DNA of 42,030 nucleotides. Source: Nemertoderma westbladi (lineage: Eukaryota; Animalia; Xenacoelomorpha). The notes under the pieces are model-generated. The model was not told the origin of the DNA and did no database searches. It saw only the letters and a list, made by a program, of their open reading frames with translations. Location: positions 1 through 42,030 of the forward strand of contig JAUCBJ010002898.1 of assembly GCA_032718475.1 (NCBI GenBank), given 5' to 3'. This document shows, piece by piece, positions 1 to 11,900 of the stretch (the stretch's first letter is position 1; the number at the start of each line of letters is the position of its first letter). The translations under genes were made by a program, and so were the position numbers.

Positions 1-1530
1 ACCTCCTACCAGCCCCCTCCAATGACACCAAACACCTCATCTCAAAGATGTATGTTTGATCCTTGTGGTGTTTACTAGGAGACCTACCCAAACCCAAATG
101 GTATACCAGGAGACGGGTAACCTATTAACCCGTGTTTATTATACCGAGATTAAAGATTAACGGACGGATATAAGATATAAACGACACGACAATGTCCGTG
201 TTCACTCATGCATATGGCTCGCCCCACAACAATAACTGCTATTATTAAGCCGGGACATATCCCAGGCGGCCTGGGGTTTGTGAGATAGAAGTAATTGCCA
301 GGCCATAATTTCCAATCCAATAATTTAACATAGGAATTATTGGAGATAAAGAAAACGTCTGTGAGTCTATCTAACGTTGCCTCTGCGTTCCATATTGATC
401 CTTATCCCATGTGTTTACACTGCCAGAACTCACAGACAACAACAACATGGACTTAAAGGACATGTATACCACATTAAAAATTAATGATTATTTAGAAGGA
501 ATCAACATTATCTCAGCACCAAAATATTATTGAACCCGGGATTATAATGGGTTTGTTGGTTATTCAATGTTTTGACACCGCACTTTGGATTATTAGCATA
601 TTATTGTGTTGTCTATTGAGCTAGAAAACGGTTGGCCAACACCCTGCCATGTGGGGGGTGCTCGTGTCCCTAATGGAGACATCCTGAGGACTACATCTGT
701 AACTACAGGATCTCCCTATTAAAGCGGACAGCAGACACACTGGCTAAGATTGACCTTTCATTGGCAGGAAGAGACATGTGAGTGAAAGACATTGGAATTT
801 AAGAAAAGGCAATAATATTATGTTAACACTCATTTGCGTTTATAACTACCACCCACAGAAGTAGTATTATTATAAAGATGTAATGGGTTTTACTAATTTG
901 GCATTATACTTGCAGTTACCATTAATAATTTCGATTAAAGGTGTGATATTTTATAAGCTCAAATGATTAAAAAAAATGGACGCCTATAAATGTTTCTCAT
1001 TGTTTGTCATCCGTTATAAGCTGTGCTATGATATGCAACGAGAGTAAGTTTACTAACCGAGTCTGTAAGTAGGTAACAACATTGTGTAGTTCTGATATTA
1101 TATTATTTGCTAACCGGTGTGAATGAAACAAAGCTACGTAGGTATATTATGGATCGATTAACCTACACCATATAACCCATTGGCGCCAAGTAGGGGCAGG
1201 TTAGATACATTTCTGAACACAAAACAGGATACTAATGTAGTTGTTAGCTTTGTGTTAAATATTTATGATTCTATATAAGCCGGTATTACTTTGTAGTTTA
1301 TCAATATTATACGGGGTTATAACCAATCCGACGTATTTCCGGTTCCGATGACACATCCCATCTTTCTATAAATTCGGGAGCGCAAACACCATGGATCAAT
1401 ATTTACGCGTACCTACCTACCTGTCTATACTATGGGACTATCTCACAGCGGTCATCGTGTTCTGCTAACTAAAAAAAATAGAATAATAAAAAGAGAAACT
1501 GAAAGTAAATCAACCGATAAGCAATCGAAG

Positions 1531-1864
1531 ATGGTTGGCAAAGACGACCATCGACGTTGTACGAGTTACGAGGAGGGGATGGAGTTGAGGCGAAGGATAA
1601 ACTCCCTCAAGAAAGAGATTATCGATAAAGACATGACGATAGGGAAACTCGAGAGACAGGTCAGCCAGCTGACGTCTGTGCTCTCCCAGATGAGTACAGG
1701 TGACATTGAGGTTGGTGTGAATAAACTCGCCCTGTCTCCCAAGAAACGGAATGCCATCTGCGGGAAACGTTTGAGTCACAAAGAGGTTGCGGATGTGGAA
1801 TACCTACTGGCTCATTACTATAAGGATGAACAATCGAAACATCTTATAAGGAATGCTATAGAAG
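1531..1864 (+). CDS. PKG: PKG exon 1 (leucine-zipper/autoinhibitory region)
   Basis: Heptad-rich ELRRRINSLKKEIIDKDMTIGKLERQVSQL, then YYKDEQSKHLIRNAIE; donor GAAG|gtaagt at 1864/1865. An upstream in-frame ATG exists at 1432. Confidence 0.85.
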
Positions 1865-4800
1865 GTAAGTTGGAAGAGTAAACAAATATTTACTCAAGAG
1901 CTCAATATTGAATTATTTTGGTGTTCGAGTGCAGAAAAAAGTGTGCGATTGCAAACCAGTGCGATTTAGTTAGGACCGCCGTACACTAGAGATGCAAGAT
2001 GCATAATAAATTCTTTGAAATTTACACATTAAAATAATCAAAGTAATATTAGTGTGTGTTGCCACCCAATGTTATACAGTATTACTGTACCTCAGTGTGA
2101 CTAGCATTTTTCCAAACTTGGTGCTGCACTTTCGGATGTTTCCATCAATTAGGGACAAAAGTGCATCAAATGTGCCAACGGACATGCGAGTATAATTCAT
2201 ATAAATTTTCCATAACGCCAGCCACAGGTCTCTTGAAATTTATTGGATGTATCCAATCTCTCGTGAAATGAGTTTAGTTTGTTCCCACAACATATATGCA
2301 GCAACAGTTGCAATAACTTCATCATCACTGTCATCCATTGAAAATTAAATTATATGTGGATGGTCAGGGAAAAAAATATAATTTGAATAAAATTCAAACG
2401 TAATAAATAAATAACATAAAAGCTATCAATATACAAAATAAAATACGATGCATCTAGTGTGCGGCGGCACAGCATTATTAAAAATGCAGCAGCAATGCAG
2501 CATGCCGATCCTAGTATATAGTAGTGCGGCGGGCCTTAGAGTCGGAAGATCCCGGAGTAAAAGTTGTCTATAAGAAATGTTTTTAGATTTAATTTTCCCA
2601 TAAAACATTCAAGCACATTAGATTACAATTCAGTCTGTTCGTATTATAAAATAGGTTACATGGGATCCTATAATTATAAAGCATCTTCACAATAATGGCG
2701 AGAAACAAGAGTAATCTTCCCACAACTTCTGAGAATTAAGAAAATTTGGATTTGAAATTAACTTTGATTATTAGGGAATTGATCCAGAAATATATTGTCT
2801 GTCTATCAATTCATATAAAACTTCGCAACTAAAGTGGAAAAATGAGGGATGGAGATAATCCTGTGTGGAGATGATAATTTCATTGATTGAGGTGACAATA
2901 AATTTATTGTCTGTAAACCCAAATGTTCCATCCTAGTAGTGGCGCGGTTGGTATCACTGATACTGATACAACCTCAAAAGAGACATTGATCAGGCCGAAC
3001 GCAAATCCATTAATTCGAGACGGTTGTGACACAAAATGTAACCCGTATACAACGATGCAAGATAAACACATAGACCCCGAGGTTAAGGAATACGTCTAGG
3101 GAGTGTCAACCTCAACAATAAATGCGATGCTCTACAAATATTAGAAAATTTACACACAAATATATTGTATTATTTTGTTATCTACAAATTTATGATGGTA
3201 TGTTTTAATTAAGCCTATTAACTACGATTTTACAATTTATTTGTAAAAATATTTTTCTAATATTAATTTATCTCGTTTAGATAACGATTTACTGCGGAAC
3301 TTAGAGGTGGATCAAGTCGAAGAAATAGTTGAATGTATGTTCGAGGTGAAGTTCGAAAGAGACGATATGGTGATAACGGAGGGTGTCTACGGAGACAGAT
3401 TGTTTGTATCGGATAGAGGGACACTGAGGGTAATTAAATCAGGTAAGTCGTCCGTTCTATTACAAAATATTGTACGTTGTATGCCCCGAATCAAGATCAA
3501 CGGATTAATTGGAAGAAAAAAAATCGCAAATGGGGAATTAGTTAACGTCGTAACTCTCTCTCTCTCTCTCTCGGAGTAAGTAATACGATCTAATCTTGTA
3601 ACTAATGCATCTATTAGGGGAAAGGGAATGAGGTAACTGATTGATATTGCATTTATTTATATATTAAATACGTAGAGATTCATTGCATTTATGGATCAAG
3701 TATCAAGTGAATACATCAGGGAGTTATTGTAGGATCATAGTATTAGCGTTCAAATGAGTTTTTAATTTATTTATAATCCCACAACAATTTTCCTGTTTTA
3801 CCTGGTTGTTGTAGAATCCCCTCCCCCTTTACAGTCCTACCATTTCAAACCCAGATCCACCCTACAATGTACAGACGACAGACTTAAAGCTGCTAGCCAT
3901 CAATAGTATAGCCGGTGGGATCAGTCTGTAATGCATCTATATTTCTAGAACAGTTCCCAGAACAGAACTACGACATAAGGCCAACCTTTCTTACTTTCAC
4001 CATCCTGCCCTCTTCATTCTTACAATTACAAAAGTATGGCATTCAAAGCGATCAAGATAGTTAGTGGGAAAGTCTATAAACCAAAAAATCAATTAACAAA
4101 TAATTAATTAATTAGTAATTTCCTAATTTCAGGGAGGGATCTGGGGGCGATCGGAGCTGGGGTTGTGTTCGGTGAGTTGGCCATCCTCTACAACTGTGAA
4201 CGGACCGCCAGTATCCAAGCGATGTCCCGGTCTACAGTCTGGGCCATCGACAGACAGGTCTTCCAGGCCATCATGATGAAAACCACGATGGCTCGTTACA
4301 GCCGGTACCGCGGCGTCCTCAACAAAGTCCCGATACTCGAGAAACTCGACGACGTTCTAATAAACAAGATAATCAGCAGTCTAGACGTGCGGAGCTACAA
4401 ACGCGGCGAATACATAGTGAGGCAAGGTGCGGTCGGGAACACATTCTACATAATCACGAAAGGATCCGTGATGGTCACGAAGGTGTCCGCGGACAAACCG
4501 CAACCTCACATTGTCCGGAATCTCGGACAGGGCGATTTCTTCGGGGAAAGGGCGTTGTTAGGCGAGGATAAAAGAACAGCGAACGTAATCGCAGACAGTG
4601 AGGATGTCGAGTGCATCATGATAGACCGGGAGACTTTCAATGAAGTTATCGGACCTCTCGACGAGATACGGAATAAAGAGTACGAGATTCCGATAGCGCA
4701 CACGACCCCGGTGAAGTCGTGCATACGAGCGCGGACGGAGGCGTTCCTAGATCTCCACCTTGCGGATTTGAAGTTCCTCACCACCCTGGGTGTTGGGGGT

Positions 4801-7666
4801 TTCGGTAGGGTGGAACTGGTACGCGATAGGACCAACCCCAGACAACACTACGCCCTCAAGTGTCTGAGTAAACAACATATCGTGAAGACTCACCAACAGG
4901 AACATCTCTATGCAGAGAAGAAAGTCATGTTGGAAATGAACTCACCTTTTATATGGCAGGCCTACAGGACTTACAAGGTAATAATATACTTATACAGTAA
5001 CTTATATGTTATACATGACCTAAATCGCTAAATGTAAATAGCGTTTGTTCAATAATAAGTTATTATTTAGCATTGAATTATAAAGAATCAGCAATTCAAC
5101 TTTCTATCCACGTCAAACTTTCGAGAGATCAACAACTGAGTATTTTCAATATAAAGGTTCAATGGATATGGAATACATTTACAACAGATTTATTTGTTTC
5201 GTTTAACGATTGTTAAATCAGCAGTACATTATATAATAAATAATGAGATGGGCGGAACTCCCATAACCCTCTATAACCGGGGAAACCAGAAAAAGGAAAT
5301 ACAACGTCGTTAATTGAATCCATTGTCCTCCCTAATTCGCATGATTGCATGTGGCCTCGGATCAACTATTTACCCCTTACGGTTTATACATTGAAAACCA
5401 TACTCATAAATTATAATTTGCTAATAACTTACTGCCTGCCGTACGCAGCTACAAGGGTAAAGTTTAGTATACAAGGAAGTGCACAACTAACTATTGTACA
5501 ATGGAACTTGTAAAATTACTATTTTTTCATTTTTTGTATATCGTATCTCTAGTGTACGGTCGCGGCGATTAATAAGTTATTATCAGCAGTTCTGAAATAA
5601 TTACATTTTATATTTGATGTGTTATTGTGAATCAATTATCAGATCAAATATTAGAAAATGCCAATTTGTATAAGTGGCGCGAATATCTTTGCTGGCATAC
5701 GTTTTTTCAAACGAAGGTATTTAATTTCGTTTTTCAATCAGTTAAAATGCAAATAATACAGTTGATATTTGAATGACATGTCGCGATGCTACTTTATTAT
5801 CCACTTGTGTTATTTCGCGCTTGGATGAAATAAAATTAACATTCCTGGCTCTATGTCTCTTTCTTTGCACGAATTCCCTCAAGGGTACAAGTAAATGTTA
5901 TACTGACTGTCAAACCTACTGGCCATGAAATTAGGACGAAATCAGAAGGACGAACCACATCACAAATCGAAATAAAATAGGCAGACGTCCTTCAAACAAC
6001 AGCCACCGCACACAACTCAACAGCGTACCAACATACTCGATAAATTAATAATATTTCTTGCATATTTATTATACCTAGAAAGACAAACGTAAGTCCATGT
6101 CCAAACATTTTAACCTCTTATTAAAAACCCTGCAGTCTGGCTTGAGTTTCCCAGATATGTCCTTCTTATTAATACTTTGTACGGAATATTAGTATCCCTG
6201 GGGATTTTTCTTTGAATATTTTGGTTTATCATTTGTAAAAAACGACTTCCGTTTTCTCCCACTCATCCGTATATTACGACTCAGCAACTTTGATCATACC
6301 TGCTGACTAATTAGCTGACTAATTAGCTGTATGCTGCCTGTTTCTTTAGCTTCAGCATTCAGCAATCCTTGGCCGATTTTGCCGCTAATTGCCCTGGTCC
6401 TTGTGCATTCATTAATTGTCATGGGAATTCAATTCATCAAAAATATTCTTACATATAGTTTCTTTATTTTTCCTGTGGAATTAGACTTGACAAATCTCAC
6501 AATAAATATCATTCGTTATGAAATTATTATTGAACGTGTTAATTTTTATGTCTGCAGGATAACAAATACGTATATATTCTGATGGAGTTGAGTAGTGGCG
6601 GCGAGGTTTGGTCGTTATTGCAAGAGCGTGGCACATATAACGCAGCCTACGCCCAATTCAACGCGGGATGCGTCACTTTGGGACTCCAATACCTCCACTC
6701 ACACGGTAAGTAACTCACGAGTGCATATTTATGTAAACCTCCCTCGCTGCGCTCGCTCGGTACATAAATACAATCGGTTCATAACGCTGAAGTCTCTGTA
6801 GGCAGGTTCTTGCCCAGGTCACCGCTGGTATCAATATATAAACCATTTGGCACTCAGATATAGGTCCAGCCAACAAAACAAACAATCTAATAATAAAATA
6901 AGGTGATAATTTTCACACAATAATGCATTAGATAGAATGTCTTCATCAGATACAACGATATTCGAGCAATGGGAAACGTTATTGATATGTTTGTCTTTCA
7001 GTTACAAAGATCATTGTGTGTTTCCTGAATGTCAGGCTGCATATGTTTTGTTTGTTTGTTGATTTATAATTTCCTTTTATTCAACACACAGGGATCATCT
7101 ACCGCGACTTAAAACCCGAGAATCTTCTCATCGACTCCCGGGGCTACATAAAACTCACGGATTTCGGATTCACTAAGCGATTGGCGCCGTCCCAGAAGAC
7201 CTGGACCTTCTGCGGCACTCCGGAATACGTCTGCCCGGAAATTATACTCAACACCGGACACAATTCCGCGGTGGACTTCTGGGCCCTGGGGATACTGATC
7301 TTCGAGCTGCTCACAGGGGGCCCCCCGTTCAGCGACGGGGACCCTATGAAGATTTACAACCAGATCCTCAGAGGTATTGACTTTGTAACCTTCCCGAAAA
7401 AGATAAGTCCGAGCGCCAAACTATTAATAAAGAGTTTGTGTAAAGTTGATCCGAGTAAACGTATGGGGCATCGGAAGGATGGAGTTAATGAGATTCGGAA
7501 ACACGCGTGGTTCGAAGGGTTCGATTGGGAGGGGTTGGAGAGATCGACCCTCCGACCTCCGTACGTACCGGCGATGAGAGATCCGACGACGCTGACGGGG
7601 TACGAGTACCGCAACGACACGGCAGAGCCGGAGGATGAGAAGTCGGGATGGGACGAGGACTTCTAG
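1531..7666 (+). CDS. PKG: cGMP-dependent protein kinase (PKG), 5 coding exons: join(1531..1864,3281..3442,4133..4977,6558..6705,7092..7666), ~687 aa
   Basis: All four introns are GT-AG with compatible phases (1,1,0,1). The spliced product has an N-terminal coiled coil, a pseudosubstrate-like KKRNAI, CNB-A (FGELAILYNCERTAS), CNB-B (FGERALLGEDKRTAN), an AGC kinase domain (LGVGGFGRV, YALK, YRDLKPEN, DFG, TWTFCGTPEY) and the typical C-terminus SGWDEDF. The start codon could be 1432 or 1531. Confidence 0.95.
1976..2467. mobile_element. Possible decayed MITE-like element in PKG intron 1
   Basis: Imperfect inverted repeat ccgccgtacactagagatgca (1976-1996) vs tgcatctagtgtgcggcgg (2449-2467); a related motif atctctagtgtacgg recurs at 5545-5559. 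No TSD seen. Confidence 0.35.
3281..3442 (+). CDS. PKG: PKG exon 2 (start of cyclic-nucleotide-binding domain A)
   Basis: Acceptor tctcgtttag|AT; reads DNDLLRNLEVDQVEEIVECMFEVKF...LRVIKS; donor TCAG|gtaagt. Confidence 0.93.
4133..4977 (+). CDS. PKG: PKG exon 3 (CNB-A end, CNB-B, kinase N-lobe)
   Basis: Acceptor taatttcag|GG; contains both phosphate-binding cassettes and GVGGFG; donor AAG|gtaata. Confidence 0.95.
6558..6705 (+). CDS. PKG: PKG exon 4 (kinase subdomains V-VIa; absent from the ORF track)
   Basis: Acceptor tctgcag|GAT; reads DNKYVYILMELSSGGEVWSLLQERG...GLQYLHSH; donor CACG|gtaagt. Confidence 0.93.
7092..7666 (+). CDS. PKG: PKG exon 5 (catalytic loop to stop)
   Basis: Acceptor cacacag|GG; IIYRDLKPENLLIDSRGYIKLTDFGF...WDEDF then TAG. 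Confidence 0.96.
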
Positions 7667-7898
7667 AACATTCGGACTTCTCCTACATCTGGACATCAGC
7701 AATTCTCCAGGGATGCCAAACAGCGAGCGAACAGCTGTGCAATTCTTACCAAGTGAAACTATTATCTCGAGATATGGACTACCAATTATCTTCCCCATTA
7801 ATACAAAGTTTATTTATTTGTTTTGTGCTTCTTATACTTTGTAGTTGTTGCGTCGCATCCATTCTATGTGAACTTACGCGTTTCAATTCACCTATCAC

Positions 7899-8026
7899 GT
7901 TTGGCTACCCTAACGCGTTTGGGCTACCCTAACGCGTTTGGTTACCCTAACGTGTTTGGGCTACCCTAACGCGTTTGGGCTACCCTAACACGTTTGGGCT
8001 ACCCTAACGCGTTTGGTTACCCTAAC
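7899..8026. repeat. 18-19 bp minisatellite (tttgggctaccctaacgcg), ~7 copies
   Basis: Direct tandem units seen between the convergent 3' ends of PKG and the minus-strand gene. Confidence 0.9.
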
Positions 8027-8169
8027 GAATATTGGCTTCTCTAACCAGTTACGATTTAATAACTGTTTACTAGTTTTCGGACGCTTACGCAGTTGGTTAG
8101 TTTTCCGAATATATAGAAATTTCATAAAAAAACAGACATTAAATACCTGAATGACCTTTATGGAAAAAC

Positions 8170-8175
8170 TTTATT
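8170..8175 (-). terminator. Candidate poly(A) signal AATAAA for the minus-strand gene
   Basis: tttatt on + about 550 nt past the proposed stop; inferred from position only. Confidence 0.3.
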
Positions 8176-8726
8176 CATAATTACTAATAAGAACTGAGGC
8201 TCGAAGCAGAGCAAATATAAAATACAATGTCCTGTCCATATTATATCATCATCGATATTCAACAAACGTCCCACTTCCAAGATAGGCGGACTTGGGCAAA
8301 TAACCCGGGTACAACAAACAGTAAACCGATCCAGCTATATCCGTTGGAGACGCGAGGTTGTGGTTGTGGAAACAGGAGATTAGAAATTCCCGCTGGCAAA
8401 CAATTACCGAGACACATGCTAATGGAATACAATGTTACGTTTAAAGGATATCCCATCACCGCAGGTATAAATGTATAATATACCTTGGAAGTACCGCCAG
8501 GTATTCAATCCCTGAGCGGTTTAGCTATCAGCGGTCGCTAGCTAAGGGCAGTCCTCTTGGTCGGAAAATTGCTTTGATATGTAGAACGGGCTAGTGTGAT
8601 GGCTCCAACTCAATAACCTTAGTAGTTATATAGATAAGAGAGGCGATCAATATATGAATAACGCAGCTACGATAAGAAGGAGAGTAACAAGGATAATGGA
8701 TAGCGACGCACTCACATTAACCACAG

Positions 8727-8757
8727 CTATCTATCTATATTGATGACGCTGCGAAAC
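8727..8757 (-). CDS. Probable terminal coding exon of the unknown minus-strand gene (QFRSVINIDR*)
   Basis: Acceptor atttgcag|G at 8758/8757; joined to the phase-2 end of exon 18004-17868 it gives 10 codons and TAG. Short, so weakly supported. Confidence 0.45.
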
Positions 8758-8960
8758 CTGCAAATCTAATTGAGTTTAATTATTTATTACACTTGAAAAA
8801 TTGGCACTTTATTTTCTTAATGCTATCTGCCTAAATGGGCTTGCAATACTGTCATTGTTGGTGGTAATTAAATCCCTAATCCTGGAAGTCCACAAGGCCA
8901 CAATTATACAAACACACAAAAAATTTAATTATTCAGAAATTGTCACATCACTTTCCTCCT

Positions 8961-11900
8961 TAGACCGCTCACACAACCTTACAGTCCGCTCACACAACTT
9001 TATCCGCTCACATAATTATATAGTCCGCTCACACAACTTTATCCGCTCACACAACTTTATCCGCTCACACAACTTTATCCGCTCACACAATTATATAGTC
9101 CGCTCACACAATTTTATAGTCCGCTTACACAACTTTATAGTCCGCTCACACAACTTTATAGTCCGCTCACAGAATCATATAGTCCGCTCACACAACTATA
9201 TAGTCCGCTCACACAACTTTATAGTCCGCTCACACAACTTTATAGTCCGCTCACAGAATCATATAGTCCGCTCACACAATTTTATACCCGCTCACACAAC
9301 TTTATAGTCCGCTCACACAATTTTATAGTCCGCATACACAACTTTATAGTCCGCTCACAGAATCATATAGTCCGCTCACACAACTATATAGTCCGCTCAC
9401 ACAACTTTATAGTCCGTTCACACAACTTTATAGTCCGCTCACAGAATCATATAGTCCGCTCACACAATTTTATACCCGCTCACCTAACTATATAGTCCGC
9501 TCACACAATTTTATAGTCCGCTCACACAATTATATAGTCCGCTCACCTAACTATATAGTCCGCTCACACAACTATATAGTCCGCTCACACAACTTTATAG
9601 TCCGCTCACACAACTTTATAGTCCGCTCACAGAATCATATAGTCCGCTCACACAATTTTATACCCGCTCACACAACTTTATAGTCCGCTCACACAATTTT
9701 ATAGTCCGCATACACAACTTTATAGTCCGCTCACAGAATCATATAGTCCGCTCACACAACTATATAGTCCGCTCACACAACTTTATAGTCCGTTCACACA
9801 ACTTTATAGTCCGCTCACAGAATCATATAGTCCGCTCACACAATTTTATACCCGCTCACCTAACTATATAGTCCGCTCACAGAATCATATAGTCCGCTCA
9901 CACAATTTTATAGTCAGCTCACACAATTTTATAGTCCGCATACACAACTTTATAGTCCGCTCACACAACTATATAGTCCGCTCACACAACTATATAGTCC
10001 GTTCACACAACTATATAGTCCGTTCACACAACTTTATAGTCCGCTCACACAACTTTATAGTCCGCTCACACAACTTTATAGTCCGTTCACACAACTTTAT
10101 AGTCCGCTCACAGAATCATATAGTCCGCTCACACAATTTTATACCCGCTCACCTAACTATATAGTCCGCTCACACAATTTTATAGTCCGCTCACAGAATC
10201 ATATAGTCCGCTCACACAATTTTATAGTCAGCTCACACAACTATATAGTCCGCTCACACAACTATATAGTCCGTTCACACAACTATATAGTCCGTTCACA
10301 CAACTTTATAGTCCGCTCACAGAATCATATAGTCCGCTCACACAACTATATAGTCCGCTCACACAACTTTATAGTCCGTTCACACAACATAGTCCGCTCA
10401 CAGAATCATATAGTCCGCTCACACAATTTTATACCCGCTCACCTAACTATATAGTCCGCTCACACAATTTTATAGTCCGCTCACACAATTATATAGTCCG
10501 CTCACCTAACTATATAGTCCGCTCACACAATTTTATAGTCCGCTTACACAACTATATAGTCCGCTTACACAACTATATAGTCCGCTCACACAAATTTATA
10601 GTCCGTTCACACAACTTTATAGTCCGCTCACAGAATCATATAGTCCGCTCACACAATTTTATACCCGCTCACCTAACTATATAGTCCGCTCACACAATTT
10701 TATAGTCCGCTCACACAATTATATAGTCCGCTCACCTAACTATATAGTCCGCTCACACAATTTTATAGTCCGCTTACACAACTATATAGTCCGCTCACAG
10801 AATCATATAGTCCGCTCACACAACTATATAGTCCGCTTACACAACTATATAGTCCGCTCACACAACTATATAGTCCGTTCACACAACTTTATAGTCCGCT
10901 CACACAATTATATAGTCCGCTCACCTAACTATATAGTCCGCTCACACAATTTTATAGTCCGCTTACACAACTATATAGTCCGCTTACACAACTATATAGT
11001 CCGCTCACACAACTTTATAGTCCGTTCACACAACTTTATAGTCCGCTCACAGAATCATATAGTCCGCTCACACAATTTTATACCCGCTCACCTAACTATA
11101 TAGTCCGCTCACACAACTTTATAGTCCGCTCACAGAATCATATAGTCCGCTCACACAACTATATAGTCCGCTCACACAACTTTATAGTCCGCTCACACAA
11201 CTTTATAGTCCGCTCACAGAATCATATAGTCCGCTCACACAATTTTATACCCGCTCACACAACTTTATAGTCCGCTCACACAATTTTATAGTCCGCATAC
11301 ACAACTTTATAGTCCGCTCACAGAATCATATAGTCCGCTCACACAACTATATAGTCCGCTCACACAACTTTATAGTCCGTTCACACAACTTTATAGTCCG
11401 CTCACAGAATCATATAGTCCGCTCACACAATTTTATACCCGCTCACCTAACTATATAGTCCGCTCACACAATTTTATAGTCCGCTCACACAATTATATAG
11501 TCCGCTCACCTAACTATATAGTCCGCTCACACAACTATATAGTCCGCTCACACAACTTTATAGTCCGCTCACACAACTTTATAGTCCGCTCACAGAATCA
11601 TATAGTCCGCTCACACAATTTTATACCCGCTCACACAACTTTATAGTCCGCTCACACAATTTTATAGTCCGCATACACAACTTTATAGTCCGCTCACAGA
11701 ATCATATAGTCCGCTCACACAACTATATAGTCCGCTCACACAACTTTATAGTCCGTTCACACAACTTTATAGTCCGCTCACAGAATCATATAGTCCGCTC
11801 ACACAATTTTATACCCGCTCACCTAACTATATAGTCCGCTCACACAATTTTATAGTCCGCTCACACAATTATATAGTCCGCTCACCTAACTATATAGTCC

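Noticed and set aside
1-170. Possible exon(s) of an upstream gene (gtatgt at 50, ag at 77-78)
   Set aside because: The implied intron is only 29 nt and the peptide is unrecognisable.
6738-6762. Similarity to the AAV ITR Rep-binding sequence
   Set aside because: Only ~20 low-complexity nt, with no T-shaped hairpin or viral ORF nearby.
6905-6955. Second hammerhead on the minus strand (CTGATGA...GAAA); also ctgatga at 20241 and 21872
   Set aside because: No stem II or stem I pairing, or no downstream GAAA.
7899-8026. Telomeric repeat (CCCTAA in each unit; also tagggttagggtt at ~24896-24908)
   Set aside because: The hexamer is embedded in a 19-bp unit or present only about twice; not a telomeric tract.
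9000-9095. Resemblance of ttatccgctcacacaatt to the lac operator (possible lacO array or vector contamination)
   Set aside because: Extra CA, no lacO symmetry or vector context, and natural divergence and higher-order structure across the array.
8801-9307. 168-aa ORF with hydrophobic start and IVRSHNF repeats (also 15714-15902)
   Set aside because: Non-ATG start for the first, both run through the 21-bp satellite, and frames are broken by 20-bp units.
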